A DNA stretch of 64,000 nt. It comes from Carcharhinus longimanus (lineage: Eukaryota). Shown in pieces: positions 12,470 to 22,655 of this stretch. The notes beneath the pieces were generated by a model that saw only the letters and a program-made list of their open reading frames with translations, searched no databases and was not told where the DNA came from. The DNA is taken from contig JASCQW010000032.1 of assembly GCA_030264375.1 (NCBI GenBank), positions 70,136,581 through 70,200,580 on the forward strand, read 5' to 3'. Each line of letters starts with the position of its first letter. Position 1 is the stretch's first letter. Made by a program: the position numbers and the translations under genes.

Positions 12470-13040
12470 CTCAATTCTGTCCTTGCCTCAGCACTCAAAC
12501 CATTTTCTATGAAAACCGCTGCCTGGACCAGACTATTCCAATATACTCCTGGGTGGCCTTGGATATTCTGCACACTTGGGACCATCCAAAATCTGCTGCC
12601 AGTGCCCTAACTTGAAGCAAGTCCCATTCTTGTATCACCTCTGTGCTTGCTGACCTAATTTGGTTCTTGCTTCAGAAACACCTTGTCTTTAAAATGCTCA
12701 TCCTTCTTTTCAATTGCCAGTCTGGCATCACCCCTCCCTATCTCCTGGAACCCCACAACTTCCGCGACATCTGCACTAATTCTGACCTTTGCCCAATTTT
12801 AATCATTCCACCATTGGCAGCCATGCTTTCAGTTGTCAAGATCCTGTGGTCTGGAATTCTCCTCCTAAATTTCTCTGCTTCTCCACCACACTTCCCTCCT
12901 TTAAGATGCTCCTTAAAACGTATCTCCTTGCCCAAGCTTTTGGTCACCTGTTGTAATATCTCATGTGATTCAATGTGGTGTGAAGCATCTTGGGATGTTT
13001 TACAAAATAAATGGCACTGTATAAATGCAACTTGTTGTTA
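12470..13040 (+). mobile_element. L2-clade LINE 3' end
   Basis: DYSNILLGGL..IQ..ITSVLADLIWF..FKMLILLF..GITPPYL matches the L2 C-terminus (LDYCN.LL.GL...ITP.L..LHWL...FK.L...GLAP.YL). The tail is ATAAATGCAACTTGTTG. Confidence 0.8.
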
Positions 13041-13254
13041 ATTTTATTCAGCTTCTTAGTCGTCAATGTACTGCTCAGTTGTTTCTCGCAACCTCGTTAG
13101 CACTATCATCCAATCCACATTAAAAGTGCTACATTAATACAAGTTGTTGTTTGCAGTGCTCCTTAAAATTTTATGTGCAATTTGTTGTTGCCTCACTTTG
13201 AGCGAAAGTCAGGTGAGAGGGCCACTCAGGCACTCGACAGGACAGTGGTGGACC

Positions 13255-13490
13255 ACTAAGGTAAAGGCCCCTTCCTTCCCTAAAGGACAGTAGTGAACCA
13301 GATGGGATTTTCAAACAATCAACAGTGGTTTCATGGTCATCAGTAGATTCTTAATGTCAGATTTTTTATTAATTGAATTCATATTCCACCATCTGCATGG
13401 CTGGATTCGAACCTAGTTCTCCAGAGAATTAGGTGAGTTTTTGGATTGGCAGCCAAGTGATAATATCACTAGGCCATTGCTTCCCCTAAG
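13255..13490 (-). mobile_element. Partial copy of the SINE family at 631-950
   Basis: Shares CCTTCCCTAAAGGACAGTAGTGAACCAGATGGG and TTCCACCATCTG, with an antisense B box GGATTCGAACC. Confidence 0.75.
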
Positions 13491-13527
13491 CATAAAAGCT
13501 TTTTTCCTTTTCAATAACAAGCTCTTT

Positions 13528-13695
13528 GGTGGAAACAGATTCAACAGAGTTTTAAAAGGAAATTGGGTGAATACTTCAAGGGAAAATCATTGCAGCGATT
13601 AAGGGGAAAAAGCCAGAGAACAAAGCTAACAGGAATGGTCTTCATAAGGCTTGATGGACCGAATGGCCTCCTTTTGCTGTACAATTCTATGATCC
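13528..13695 (+). mobile_element. CR1 3' UTR fragment
   Basis: Ends GATGGACCGAATGGCCTCCTTTTGCTGTACAATTCTATGA, the CR1/HER1 terminus. Confidence 0.7.
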
Positions 13696-13795
13696 TGTCA
13701 TCTTGAAGATGCAATGCTGTAATTTTAAAGTGTTCATGAGTACATTACATGACAGAGTCTCCAACATGCTGGACTATGGACTAGTACAGGCACTG

Positions 13796-13892
13796 AAAAC
13801 AGAAAGCGCTGGAAAATCTCAGCAGGGTCTTGCAGCATCTGTGGAGAGAGAATAGAACCAATGTTTTGTGTCTGGATGACCCTTCATCAGAA
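13796..13892 (-). mobile_element. Penelope-like terminal fragment with degenerate hammerhead motif
   Basis: The minus strand reads TCTGATGAAGGGTCATCCAGACACAAAACATTGG...CTCCACAGATGCTGC. Homologous to 20329-20460 and 30842-30935. Confidence 0.65.
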
Positions 13893-14497
13893 TGAGCACA
13901 TTTGGTAAATCCAGTACCTGATCTCAGCTATTATAAGAAAGCATAAAAGTGAAGGCCAGAAGGCGAGAGAAAGGAATTGAGAGTCACATCGGTATTCAGA
14001 ATGGCATTGGAATAGAGGTGGCGAGGTTAGTAGCTCACATGGCTGGCCAGAGATGGTACGTAAGATAGGCACAGTCAATAAAAGGACGAAATATATCTTG
14101 AAAGGAGTGAGACTTGCCATAGTGTTTATACTTCCTGTCTGGAAATACTTCCTGCTGGATCAGATACTTTTCTGGCTGTTCTTCTGCTGGTATCTGTTTC
14201 ATATGAAAATGGGATCCTGTTACTATCAATTAATAATGTAATTTAGCTGAGGAACTTTCACATGGCAGAATGATGATCTCTCCAATAGTGCCAGCAATTG
14301 ACAGAAAATCAGATTCAAAGCTGTTTCATATACTTATAGTAAAAAAAACTATTTCAAACTGTTGATTAGTCCAGAGTTCAATATTTACACTGTTTAATAT
14401 TCAGCAGATACTAAAACAATTCATGTATAAGCACATGTAGGGTGAATAAATCACTATGGATTTAATACAATATTGGTGTCATTATTTTACACTCAGA

Positions 14498-14613
14498 GGG
14501 CAGGATTTTCCAGCCTCGCTTGGCCCAAGAATGGAAAATCTTGCCCAAAGTTTCCGTGGTCCTGTCCCGCCCGCTACAATTCCAGTGGCGGGCAGGACAG
14601 GAAAGTTGCACCC
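14498..14613 (+). mobile_element. 116-bp MITE with 3-bp TSD (PIF/Harbinger-like)
   Basis: GGGCAGGATTTTCC...GGAAAGTTGCACCC, flanked on both sides by AGA. Confidence 0.75.
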
Positions 14614-15221
14614 AGAATATTTTTTTCTTCTAAAATGAAATGAGGAAATCCCGACTTTAAAAACGTCTAAACACTGAAAATAATTAAGTTGCACACATGC
14701 TNNNNNNNNNNNNNNNNNNNNNNNNNNNNNNNNNNNNNNNNNNNNNNNNNNNNNNNNNNNNNNNNNNNNNNNNNNNNNNNCCACAATTGGCGGAGATGAT
14801 CACTCAGCGCCATCAGGTCAATATAGTCCATAAATTCTAATCTTCTGCGACACATAGTAAAATCAAAACAATTCAGAACTGGGGAAATGCGACTGACCAG
14901 AAGGATGTCACTCCACATTCCTTTCATTATTGTGATCTGATTCGTAGCTTGGGAAATCCTGAAGTGAAATAGTCGGGCAAAAGAAACTGGGGCGGCTAAA
15001 GCCTCAGGAAACAGCTTCCTCTGCTGTTTGAATGGGACATTTGTATTCGCAGTAAACAAGTTAAGTGCAATTTTAAAAATATCAGCACTGCTAAGTGCTG
15101 CGATTATGTCAGTCGTCTTACAGCAGTTGCCCTAATGCATAATACACAGTCTAAATCAGCACACTAAGTGCCTCATTCGTATACTAGGCACATGGGGATG
15201 AAGAACTGTTTGTGGGGTTAC

Positions 15222-15526
15222 CTTGATCAAATTTCATCTATAGCAGCTGGTCTTGAGGGCAGGAGACATTTTTCAGAAGCACCTGTTTTGCTCTATTGTT
15301 CTCCTTGGCAAGCTGGTCCGGCCTGCACATGTGAGGCATTCAGGCAGGGTTGCTACACGTTGCCTACAAGGCTGCGCTTGTCTGAATATTTTAATATTTG
15401 TTCAAGTGATTCAACAGGAGACCCCAGGAGGATTGGGCATGGCAGCTGCTTTTCCAGGAGTTCTGGATCTGACTGAATGGTTGCTCTGTCCAGGCTGATC
15501 ATTGTGAGCTTTGCACTGCTCTAGGA
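15222..15526 (-). other. Candidate exon, mostly 5' UTR, possibly ending in the short CDS MKFDQ+G
   Basis: Acceptor ...CCCTTCCCTCCTCTCTCTCCTCAG and donor CAAG|GTAACC. ATG AAA TTT GAT CAA G occupies 15237-15222. The region contains no repeats. Confidence 0.35.
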
Positions 15527-16070
15527 CTGAGGAGAGAGAGGAGGGAAGGGGGGGGGGTCGGGGGGGGGTGGGTGGCTGGGGATGGGAGGGCAGAGTTAAT
15601 CCCCCCTCACGCAGCCAGCTGCAGTTGTTCCAGAAATGTTTAGAAAGGGCAGAGCCGCGATTGACAGTTTCAGCTGTGTTAGAATCTTAATCAGTACCTT
15701 TCTCCCCTTTATTCCTCTCACTCAGCTGTGAAAAACAAAGTGAGCTTCAGACGCACAGTTCATAGGCTGCAGCACACATCACTCAGCGATGGCCTGATGG
15801 GTCAGCCTAGTTGCCTGTGTTTGTTGACGTGGATAATTCCAGCTGTGGGGGGAAGGGAAAAAAAATAATGTTGAAAGGAGGATTGGATTCCTCTCTTCCC
15901 TGGCAAATGAACACGGTTAGTCAGTCAAACAAGAAGTTCACAAGTTTTAGCATGTTTGAGAAAGAAACTCAATTGCGTCATGTTGGTGGGTAAGGGAAAC
16001 AGTTTCTGCAGTTGTATTGCTTGATCAGCACCTGTTCACAATTCCAACTACTCCAGCCACCTGCTAGGAT
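15240..16070. promoter_or_regulatory. E-box-dense, repeat-free island with G-tract: candidate promoter or enhancer
   Basis: CAGCTG at 15244, 15443, 15616, 15671, 15723 and 15840, plus CACCTG and CAGTTG sites. G-rich tract with GGGTG/CACCC at 15540-15590. Confidence 0.5.
15698..15842 (-). other. Candidate 145-nt non-coding exon
   Basis: Very strong acceptor TTATTTTTTTTCCCTTCCCCCCACAG and donor AAAG|GTACTG. All three frames contain stops. Confidence 0.35.
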
Positions 16071-16285
16071 TAACATTCCATTACTCGGATGGCTAATTAT
16101 GACATGGGAAATTTAAAATAATATATTGTGGGAAATTTTTTCTCCTTTGCGAGCTTCTTTTAAAGATCAGTCTTTGAATATCCTGTTCGAATAAAGTTTT
16201 TATTTCTAATCCATTTTTTGCACGCAATCGATAGTTTTATGATTGCTGATTCTTAAATGAATAAAACTTCATTTATCATTAATAA

Positions 16286-16586
16286 GGGTAACGCGGTGGC
16301 ACAGTGGTTAGCACTGCTGCCTCACGGTGCCAGAGACCCAGGTCCAATTCCTGATTTGGGTCACCGTCTGTGTGGAGTTTGCACGTTCTCCTTGTGTCTG
16401 CGTGGGTTTCCTCCTGATACTCTGGTTTCCTGCCACTGTCTGAAAGACGTGCTGGTTAGGTGCGTTGGCTGTGCTAAATCCACCCTCGGTGTACCCGAAC
16501 AGGCGCCGGAGTCAAGCGACTAGGAGATTTTCACAGTAACATCATTGCAGGGTTAACATAAGTTTACCTGTGACAATAATAAATAA
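16286..16586 (+). mobile_element. V-SINE (HE1-like), tail type A
   Basis: tRNA-like head GTGGCACAGTGGTTAGCACTGCTGCCTCAC, V-domain core TGTGTGGAGTTTGCACGTTCTCC..., and tail TTCACAGTAAC...GTGACAATAATAAATAA. Confidence 0.92.
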
Positions 16587-17356
16587 TCTTAGTCTGCACC
16601 ACAAACCTTAAGGAAAAACAGTACAATGTCTATTTTATTATTGCTCAACAATTCTATCCATTTCTGATCCATTCTAGTACAGTTTCTAGCTGAAGTTCTT
16701 TGATTTGTGTGTATTTGTGTATATCTTGGTAATAAGGCCATGTTGCTTTATTAATTAAGATCATTAAAGTTTGTGTCATCTACATCTTTATAAATGGTCT
16801 CGATCCCACAAAACTAATGAGTTCATCTGAGAAATGGATGAAGTCTAAAGCAAAGCGAGAGATAGGACATTTTTTAAGGGTTTTATTACCATAAATACAG
16901 ATGGAGTTAAAGTATAGCAATTACAGAATCTTCAATACTTATAACACCAGGTTTTGGAAATGGAACAGCAATCATTCTGTGGCATATTATTTGATAAAAA
17001 CTGTAAAACTAGCTAGGATCGAAACAAGCAACAATGTAATAAAGCATTATGCGGCTGTAAAGGAAGTTAATTAAACATATTTAAGCACTTCCTTTGACTT
17101 ATAATGTGTCTCACATAGTTAAATATTAATTAACTATTCATGTTATAGATTACTTAGAATGCTGTGACAGATTTTTAACTCGGTTCTTCTTGTTAAATAT
17201 AAAACATTTAAAGCAATAGTAATGCAGGCATACTTCATAAATTGGACAAAACGCAATGTGTATTATTTAAATAGAAGAAATTAGTGTATTTAATACCCAA
17301 GAAATTTAAACACAGATATGTGTGACATATTACAATTTTGGTTAAAAAAAATGAGA

Positions 17357-17785
17357 TCATAGGTTCATATGATATAGGAGCAGAATTCGGTCCATTGAGT
17401 CCACTCTGCCATTCGATCATTGCTGATACACTCCTCATCCCCATTTTCTTGCCTTCTCCCCTTCAATCCATTACCAATTAAAAATCTGTCTAACTTAAAT
17501 TTACTCACAGTCCCAGTATTGTCCACACTTTGGGGTAGCGAATTCCACAGATTCACAACCCTTAGGGAGAGGTAATTTCTCCTCAACTCTGTTTTAAATT
17601 TGGTACCCCTATATCCTAAGACTATGACCTCTTGTCCTAGAATGCCCCACAAGAGGAAGCAGCTGCTCCATGTCTACTTTATCCATACCTTTTATCATTT
17701 TGTCTGTCTCAATTTGATCTCCCCTCATTTTTTAAAATTCCAGAGCGTATAATCCTAAACTGTTCAATCTCTCTTCATACAACGT
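17357..17785 (-). mobile_element. CR1 3' end
   Basis: ORF 17365-17652 contains FKTELRRNYLSLRVVNLWNSLPQ, the CR1 ORF2 C-terminus, followed by the 3' UTR. Confidence 0.88.
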
Positions 17786-19269
17786 AGGTCATATTTTATT
17801 TGGAAAATAAGAAAATAACTGGGTTTGAAAATTAAGGGGATTGGGGAATACAAATGCAGAAAACACCAAAAGTAGGAAAACAACATTATGGTTTATTTCT
17901 TGAAGGATAGAATTAAAAAGTAGTGAGCTTGTGTGAAACTTATATTGAACCGTGGCCAGACCATATTTTGATCACTGTGGATAATTGTGGTTGTTCTGTA
18001 TATCATTCTGGTTGAGGTTGGATATGGTCTGCTCAAATGTTATGACCTGAATCCCTTACCTTTTAACCATGAAAACAAGAATTGTCTGAAGCTATCATGG
18101 AGAAGGTTAAAAACAACTCTGCTGGACTGCTTTGACAAACAGGCCATCTGCTGTAATTTAGAAAAAAAGTCCATCTTATGTAGTTTCGATAGATTCCTCT
18201 GTTGATAATTCCTGAAGGAAAAAGGTATTTGCTTTCAGAATAGTGATTTCAGACACCGTTATGAAATAAGATATTTATTAATGTCCCTGTCCTTTAAAAT
18301 CATGGAAGTGCCCTGGTCACTTTAATATACATGTTCCATGGCACCTGGAAGTCTTCAAATTCACTGCAATACTCCATTCCATATTAGGGATTGGCCCAGG
18401 CATTAAAAGACCTCTTCAAAGTACTTTTATATAAGTGATCAGTTGGTTCTGCTGGGAGATCCTCTTGCTTTCTCTCACAACCCACCGCTGCTCTGAAACC
18501 CCTTTGATGTGCTTTGATGGTCAGTTTCACTGGGGAGCTCCCTTTTCACATTGCAAGGTTAGAAACTGATGTCTGCATCCTTTGAAGTGACTTGACTGAC
18601 AGGTGTGGATTACTTCCCACTGGAAAAGAGCTTTGTTTGCTATTCTCTCTCTTCACGATTGAATGCATCTCAAGTGTTTTGTACGCATGGTGGTTCGAAA
18701 AGAGGAAGTGAAATCTCAAAACTGTCAACCAAAGGCTGAATGTTTATAATCCCACTGGCAGGCACTGCTAACACCAGCGGGAGACAGTCTGGTTTTCTCA
18801 CTGGAGGGAGCACTTCGACTGCAAATGGGAGAATTGCACCCATGATCAAAGTAGATAGTATGCAATTAAAAAGAAGAAAACACAAAAAAGAAGCAGTGAA
18901 CAAATAAGAGAGAAGAGTTATAAACATTCAATGTCAAGAGCAGACTCAATGTATATGGCAAACCTGAGAAATGTTATCATAAAGACCATCTCTGTAGTAT
19001 TACCAAATTAGATATGAGTCATCTTTGTAATATTTCATGTCTTGGTTTAATATTATCAGTGAAGGAAGAGGAGTATGAAATAGTTTCTTCACTCAGTGAA
19101 TTAACTTGATTACAGATCATTTTGCCTGAAGGAATCCTTCAGGCAATACAGCATTGCTGAATGCTGCAAAATTTCACCTGGTTTAGAGAGGTGCTGAAGC
19201 TCGTCACCTTATTGTCACTTAGGAAGACTTTTCTAAATGTATATGGAGATTTTTTTCTTTCCTTTTTGA

Positions 19270-19522
19270 GATGAGGAGGAACTACTTCTCACAGAGGGTG
19301 AGGAACTCGCTGCCCCATTGCACGGTGGAGTCTGAATCATTGAATGGTCTCAAGAAGGAAATAGATATATTTCTAATAAAAAAAAAGGGATAAGGGGATG
19401 TGGGGAACAGGTGAGGAGGTGGTTTTGAGACCAGGGAGAGATCAGCCATGATCTGATTGTATGACAGAGCAGGCTCGGGAGGCTACATTTGCCTACTTCT
19501 GCTCCTGATTCCTAGGTTCCTA
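19270..19522 (+). mobile_element. CR1 3' end
   Basis: EMRRNYFSQRV.NSLP coding remnant, then a 3' UTR with GATCAGCCATGATC and CCTACTTCTGCTCCT. Confidence 0.85.
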
Positions 19523-19689
19523 TATTTATATTCAGTCGTAGCCTTAGTGCTGCACATTGAGCAGATCAGCTTATCTTGTAGCTCAAGATATAAATATGTC
19601 ACCATTTCCTTTTCAGTTGTATCATGCCTTATAGTATTGATTTTTGCTATACCTTGTAAGATTCAAAGCAATGACATCCAGCCATCAAG

Positions 19690-20250
19690 GGCCAGATTTT
19701 CAAAGCAGGGTTGAGGACCTGATGCACTCGTCAGTTCTGAGTCCTGATCCCAAACCAAAGGATGTAATTTTTAAATTCAAAGAAAGGAGCTTGGTGCCGA
19801 GTTAATCGTGCTGATCCCCTGTCTTGTTGGGGCTTCTCAGAGGCCAAGGGATCAAACTCAATGGGAAACAGCCGTGGTTGAAAAGCTGAGCTGCAGTGTT
19901 CACCCACCCAGTTGTTAGTTAGACCCTGACAAAGAAACTCACCCGAGCCCCATGGCAAACTACGCAGCTGCACCAGAACTTATACAAGATTGCTCAGGGT
20001 TATCGGGGGAAAGAAAATTGCAAGTTGCAACTCGGAATAGACAACTTCCTTAATAAGTTCCTTACAGGGCCAAGAATTGCCAGCAAACACATTTTGCACT
20101 TGACCCTCCCCCCAATCCCTTGCTGGCCCTTTGAAAATTCAAAACTGTCACGGAAGCATTGGTGATCTGAGATGACGTCTTGGACAATTCGAAATCTCGC
20201 CCTTACTAGATCCCAAATCCAAAGCTCTTTGAAAGACATCCAGCTGTCTT
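19690..20250. mobile_element. Degenerate non-autonomous DNA element (Harbinger-type terminus)
   Basis: Starts GGGCCAGATTTTC, like the MITE terminus, and is a GC-richer block. Confidence 0.35.
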
Positions 20251-20328
20251 TCAGCTTATGAGGAGTCGCTGGAAGACACCAAGATAATTGTAGTCTAGGT
20301 TTAATATGAACAATGCAGTAAAAATGAG

Positions 20329-20460
20329 CGCTGACAAAGCGTAATCCAATCTCAAAGTGTTCGCTCTACTCTCTCTCCACAGATGCTGTTAGACTGCCGA
20401 GGTTTCTCAGCATTTTGTGTTTTTGTTTCAGATTCCAGCATCTGCAGTATTTTGCCTTTA
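20329..20460 (+). mobile_element. Penelope-like terminal fragment
   Basis: CTGACAAAG...CTCTCTCCACAGATGCTG...CAGCATTTTGTGTTTTTGTTTCAGATTCCAGCATCTGCAG, homologous to 13796 and 30842. Confidence 0.6.
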
Positions 20461-21379
20461 TTACAGTAAAAATGTTATGTCATACAATGTATGTGTGTGC
20501 TGTTATACTGATATGACAGAAGGAGAGGGATGTGCATTAAGTATTGAAAAGAAATAAACTTGATTTGCCAAAGAGATGAAAATATTTGGCAACTGTACCA
20601 AACACAGGAAGATGCCTAGAGGTGAGCAGAAAAAAGAGAGGGAAGGAAGTGAAGGTATGAATGTAGAAAAAGTTGTTAACCAATCACTGTATTATTTATC
20701 TCATTTGTTGCTTTTGAGTTGCAAGCCATTTTCAACAGCATGTTCAGTGACACACCTGAAATAATTTTGCTGAAATGCATCAAGTACTGTCAAATGCACT
20801 TTGAAGATCTGTGAGATTGCCTTGCTAAAGTCATTGCACACAATCAGAACCTGGCATCGCTGATTACAGCTGAACATGAAATATTTCTCAAATTAACAAG
20901 GTGCGGCAAAAAAGGCAGCACATTCCTTTCTGTATTACTTCTTGCAGTAAGTAAGAAATGCAATGAATAAATAAAAGTGATGTGTGATTAATCCTGCGCT
21001 TTTCCGTTTTAACTGTGAGCTAGTCAATTTTAGGCAAATTTCATAAATTCAAGGTTAACCAACCAATGATCTCTACACATTCAACTTGATTTACAAGTGG
21101 AACATAATAAATAGATTACAGATGATGCAATTTAAACAGCTTTTAAAAGGAACAAGAATCTCAGAAATTATCATGGTAAAACCATTGCAAGATTGCAACA
21201 GACAATGTATCAGCATTTACTCATTTTTTGATTGATTTCGTACAAGCTTTCCAGGCTGAAATTGCACTTTTCATTTACATAGAATAACAGTTTTGCTGTT
21301 GTATCAGTAATTATAAATGTGGAAATGCCTCTACTGTTATGCAATAAACAGTGAAGTAAAAAAAAACAGTCACAAGAGA

Positions 21380-21557
21380 GTGAGAACCGATACAGTTTAA
21401 AACAGTGAGTGGCAGCCCAGCCCAGCAGTTTAAAACATTGGGAGCAGGAGCAGTTTAAAAGGAAGGTCTGCGGCTGTCCAACCAGCTGTTAAAAAAGTGT
21501 GAGAACCGGGGCAATTTGAAAAGGGTACAGAGGGCAGCCAAGCCTAGCCATTAAACA
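21380..21557 (+). repeat. Degenerate minisatellite built on CAGTTTAAAA (alternating ~35/25-bp spacing)
   Basis: The motif or variants occur at 21393, 21426, 21451, 21486, 21512 and ~21548. GTGAGAACCG recurs at 21380 and 21499. Confidence 0.6.
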
Positions 21558-21635
21558 AACAGAAAGAAAAGACACCAAAATTAGTGTAAGCAAAGAATGG
21601 AGAAAGAAATTAAGCTTGGTGCCTAACTACGATAT

Positions 21636-21975
21636 ACATAGAAACATAGAATCCTACAGTGCAGGAAGATGCCATCCGGCCCATTAAGTCTGCACTGACT
21701 CTCCGAAAGATCATCCTACCTTGGGTTTCCCCTCCTTCCTATCCCCTTAACCCCACACTTTACCATGGCTAAGATACTTAATCGACGCATCTTTGGATAC
21801 TAAGGGACAATTTANNNNNNNNNNNNNNNNNNNNNNNNNNNNNNNNNNNNNNNNNNNNNNNNNNNNNNNNNNNNNNNNNNNNNNNNNNNNNNNNNNNNNN
21901 NNNNNNNNNNNNNNTCGACGCATCTTTGGATACTAAGGGACAATTTAGCACAGCCAATCCACCGAACCACCAACA
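21636..21975 (-). mobile_element. V-SINE, tail type B, partial and spanning a gap
   Basis: Antisense tail CATAGAATCCTACAGTGCAG...GGCCCAT and core GGGACAATTTAGCA. Confidence 0.75.
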
Positions 21976-22411
21976 CGATGGGCTGAATTTACGGGGTGCA
22001 GCAGTAGTCACGTTAGCTGGCAAGAAAGCCAGTGACAACCATGCGTTGGCCATTTAGAGAAGGCCTGATGGAATACAACGACAATCTGGCAGATAACTGC
22101 CAGTAATCTGGGTTCCCATTGCTTTAGGGGTGCACATTCATCCTCCAAGAACAGCCTGCCTGATTGGCCAGCAGCTCTTCAGTCTAGCAATGCTATCCCA
22201 GAAGCAGTGGTCAGTGTGGCTGTATCAGGCCAGTTCAGTAAAGGTGGAGGACACCCAGAATCAAGGTCAGTTTGTGGGGCTCGCCAGAACCAGCCAGGCA
22301 AGGCGTGGCGAATCAGTGGTGGCAGGGAGGTTGTTCGGTCATGAAGGCATAGGAATATCTTTCACTGTGCATGGTACTTGCTGGCAGTGGGGGTGGTTGT
22401 CTCAAAAGAGC

Positions 22412-22655
22412 AAGGTACAGTACAGGAACAGGCCCTTTGACCCTCCAAACCTGTACCAATCATGATGCCCTAACTAATCTAAAAAATTTGCCCTTACTTA
22501 ATCCATATCCCTCTAGTCCCTCCCTATTCATGTACCCATTTGGATACCTTTTCTTAAAGGTTGCTAATCTGCCTGCTTCCACCACCACCTCTGGTAGCGC
22601 ATTCCAGGCATCCACCACTTTCTGCATGAAAAGCTTTCCACGCACATTTCCTTGA
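22412..22655 (-). mobile_element. CR1 3' end
   Basis: ORF 22460-22708 contains NVRGKLFMQKVVDAWNALPEVVVEAG. Confidence 0.85.

Noticed and set aside
15868-15925. Plus-strand first exon MLKGGLDSSLPWQMNT|GTTAGT
   Set aside because: It has a single moderate donor and no recognised peptide, and the same bases form a much stronger minus-strand acceptor. Not fully excluded.
16286-16360. tRNA genes at SINE heads (also 3092, 29447, 57194 and 58130)
   Set aside because: A and B boxes are present, but there is no complete cloverleaf and each runs straight into a SINE body.
21380-21557. CRISPR-like repeat-spacer pattern
   Set aside because: The motif is only 10 bp, the spacers are related to each other, there are no cas genes, and the context is vertebrate.
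21781-21950. Direct repeats flanking ~100-N gaps (also 31439/31565, 36018/36149, 43613/43742 and 54111/54240)
   Set aside because: The same sequence on both sides of fixed-size gaps indicates overlapping contig ends or haplotype bubbles, not biological repeats.
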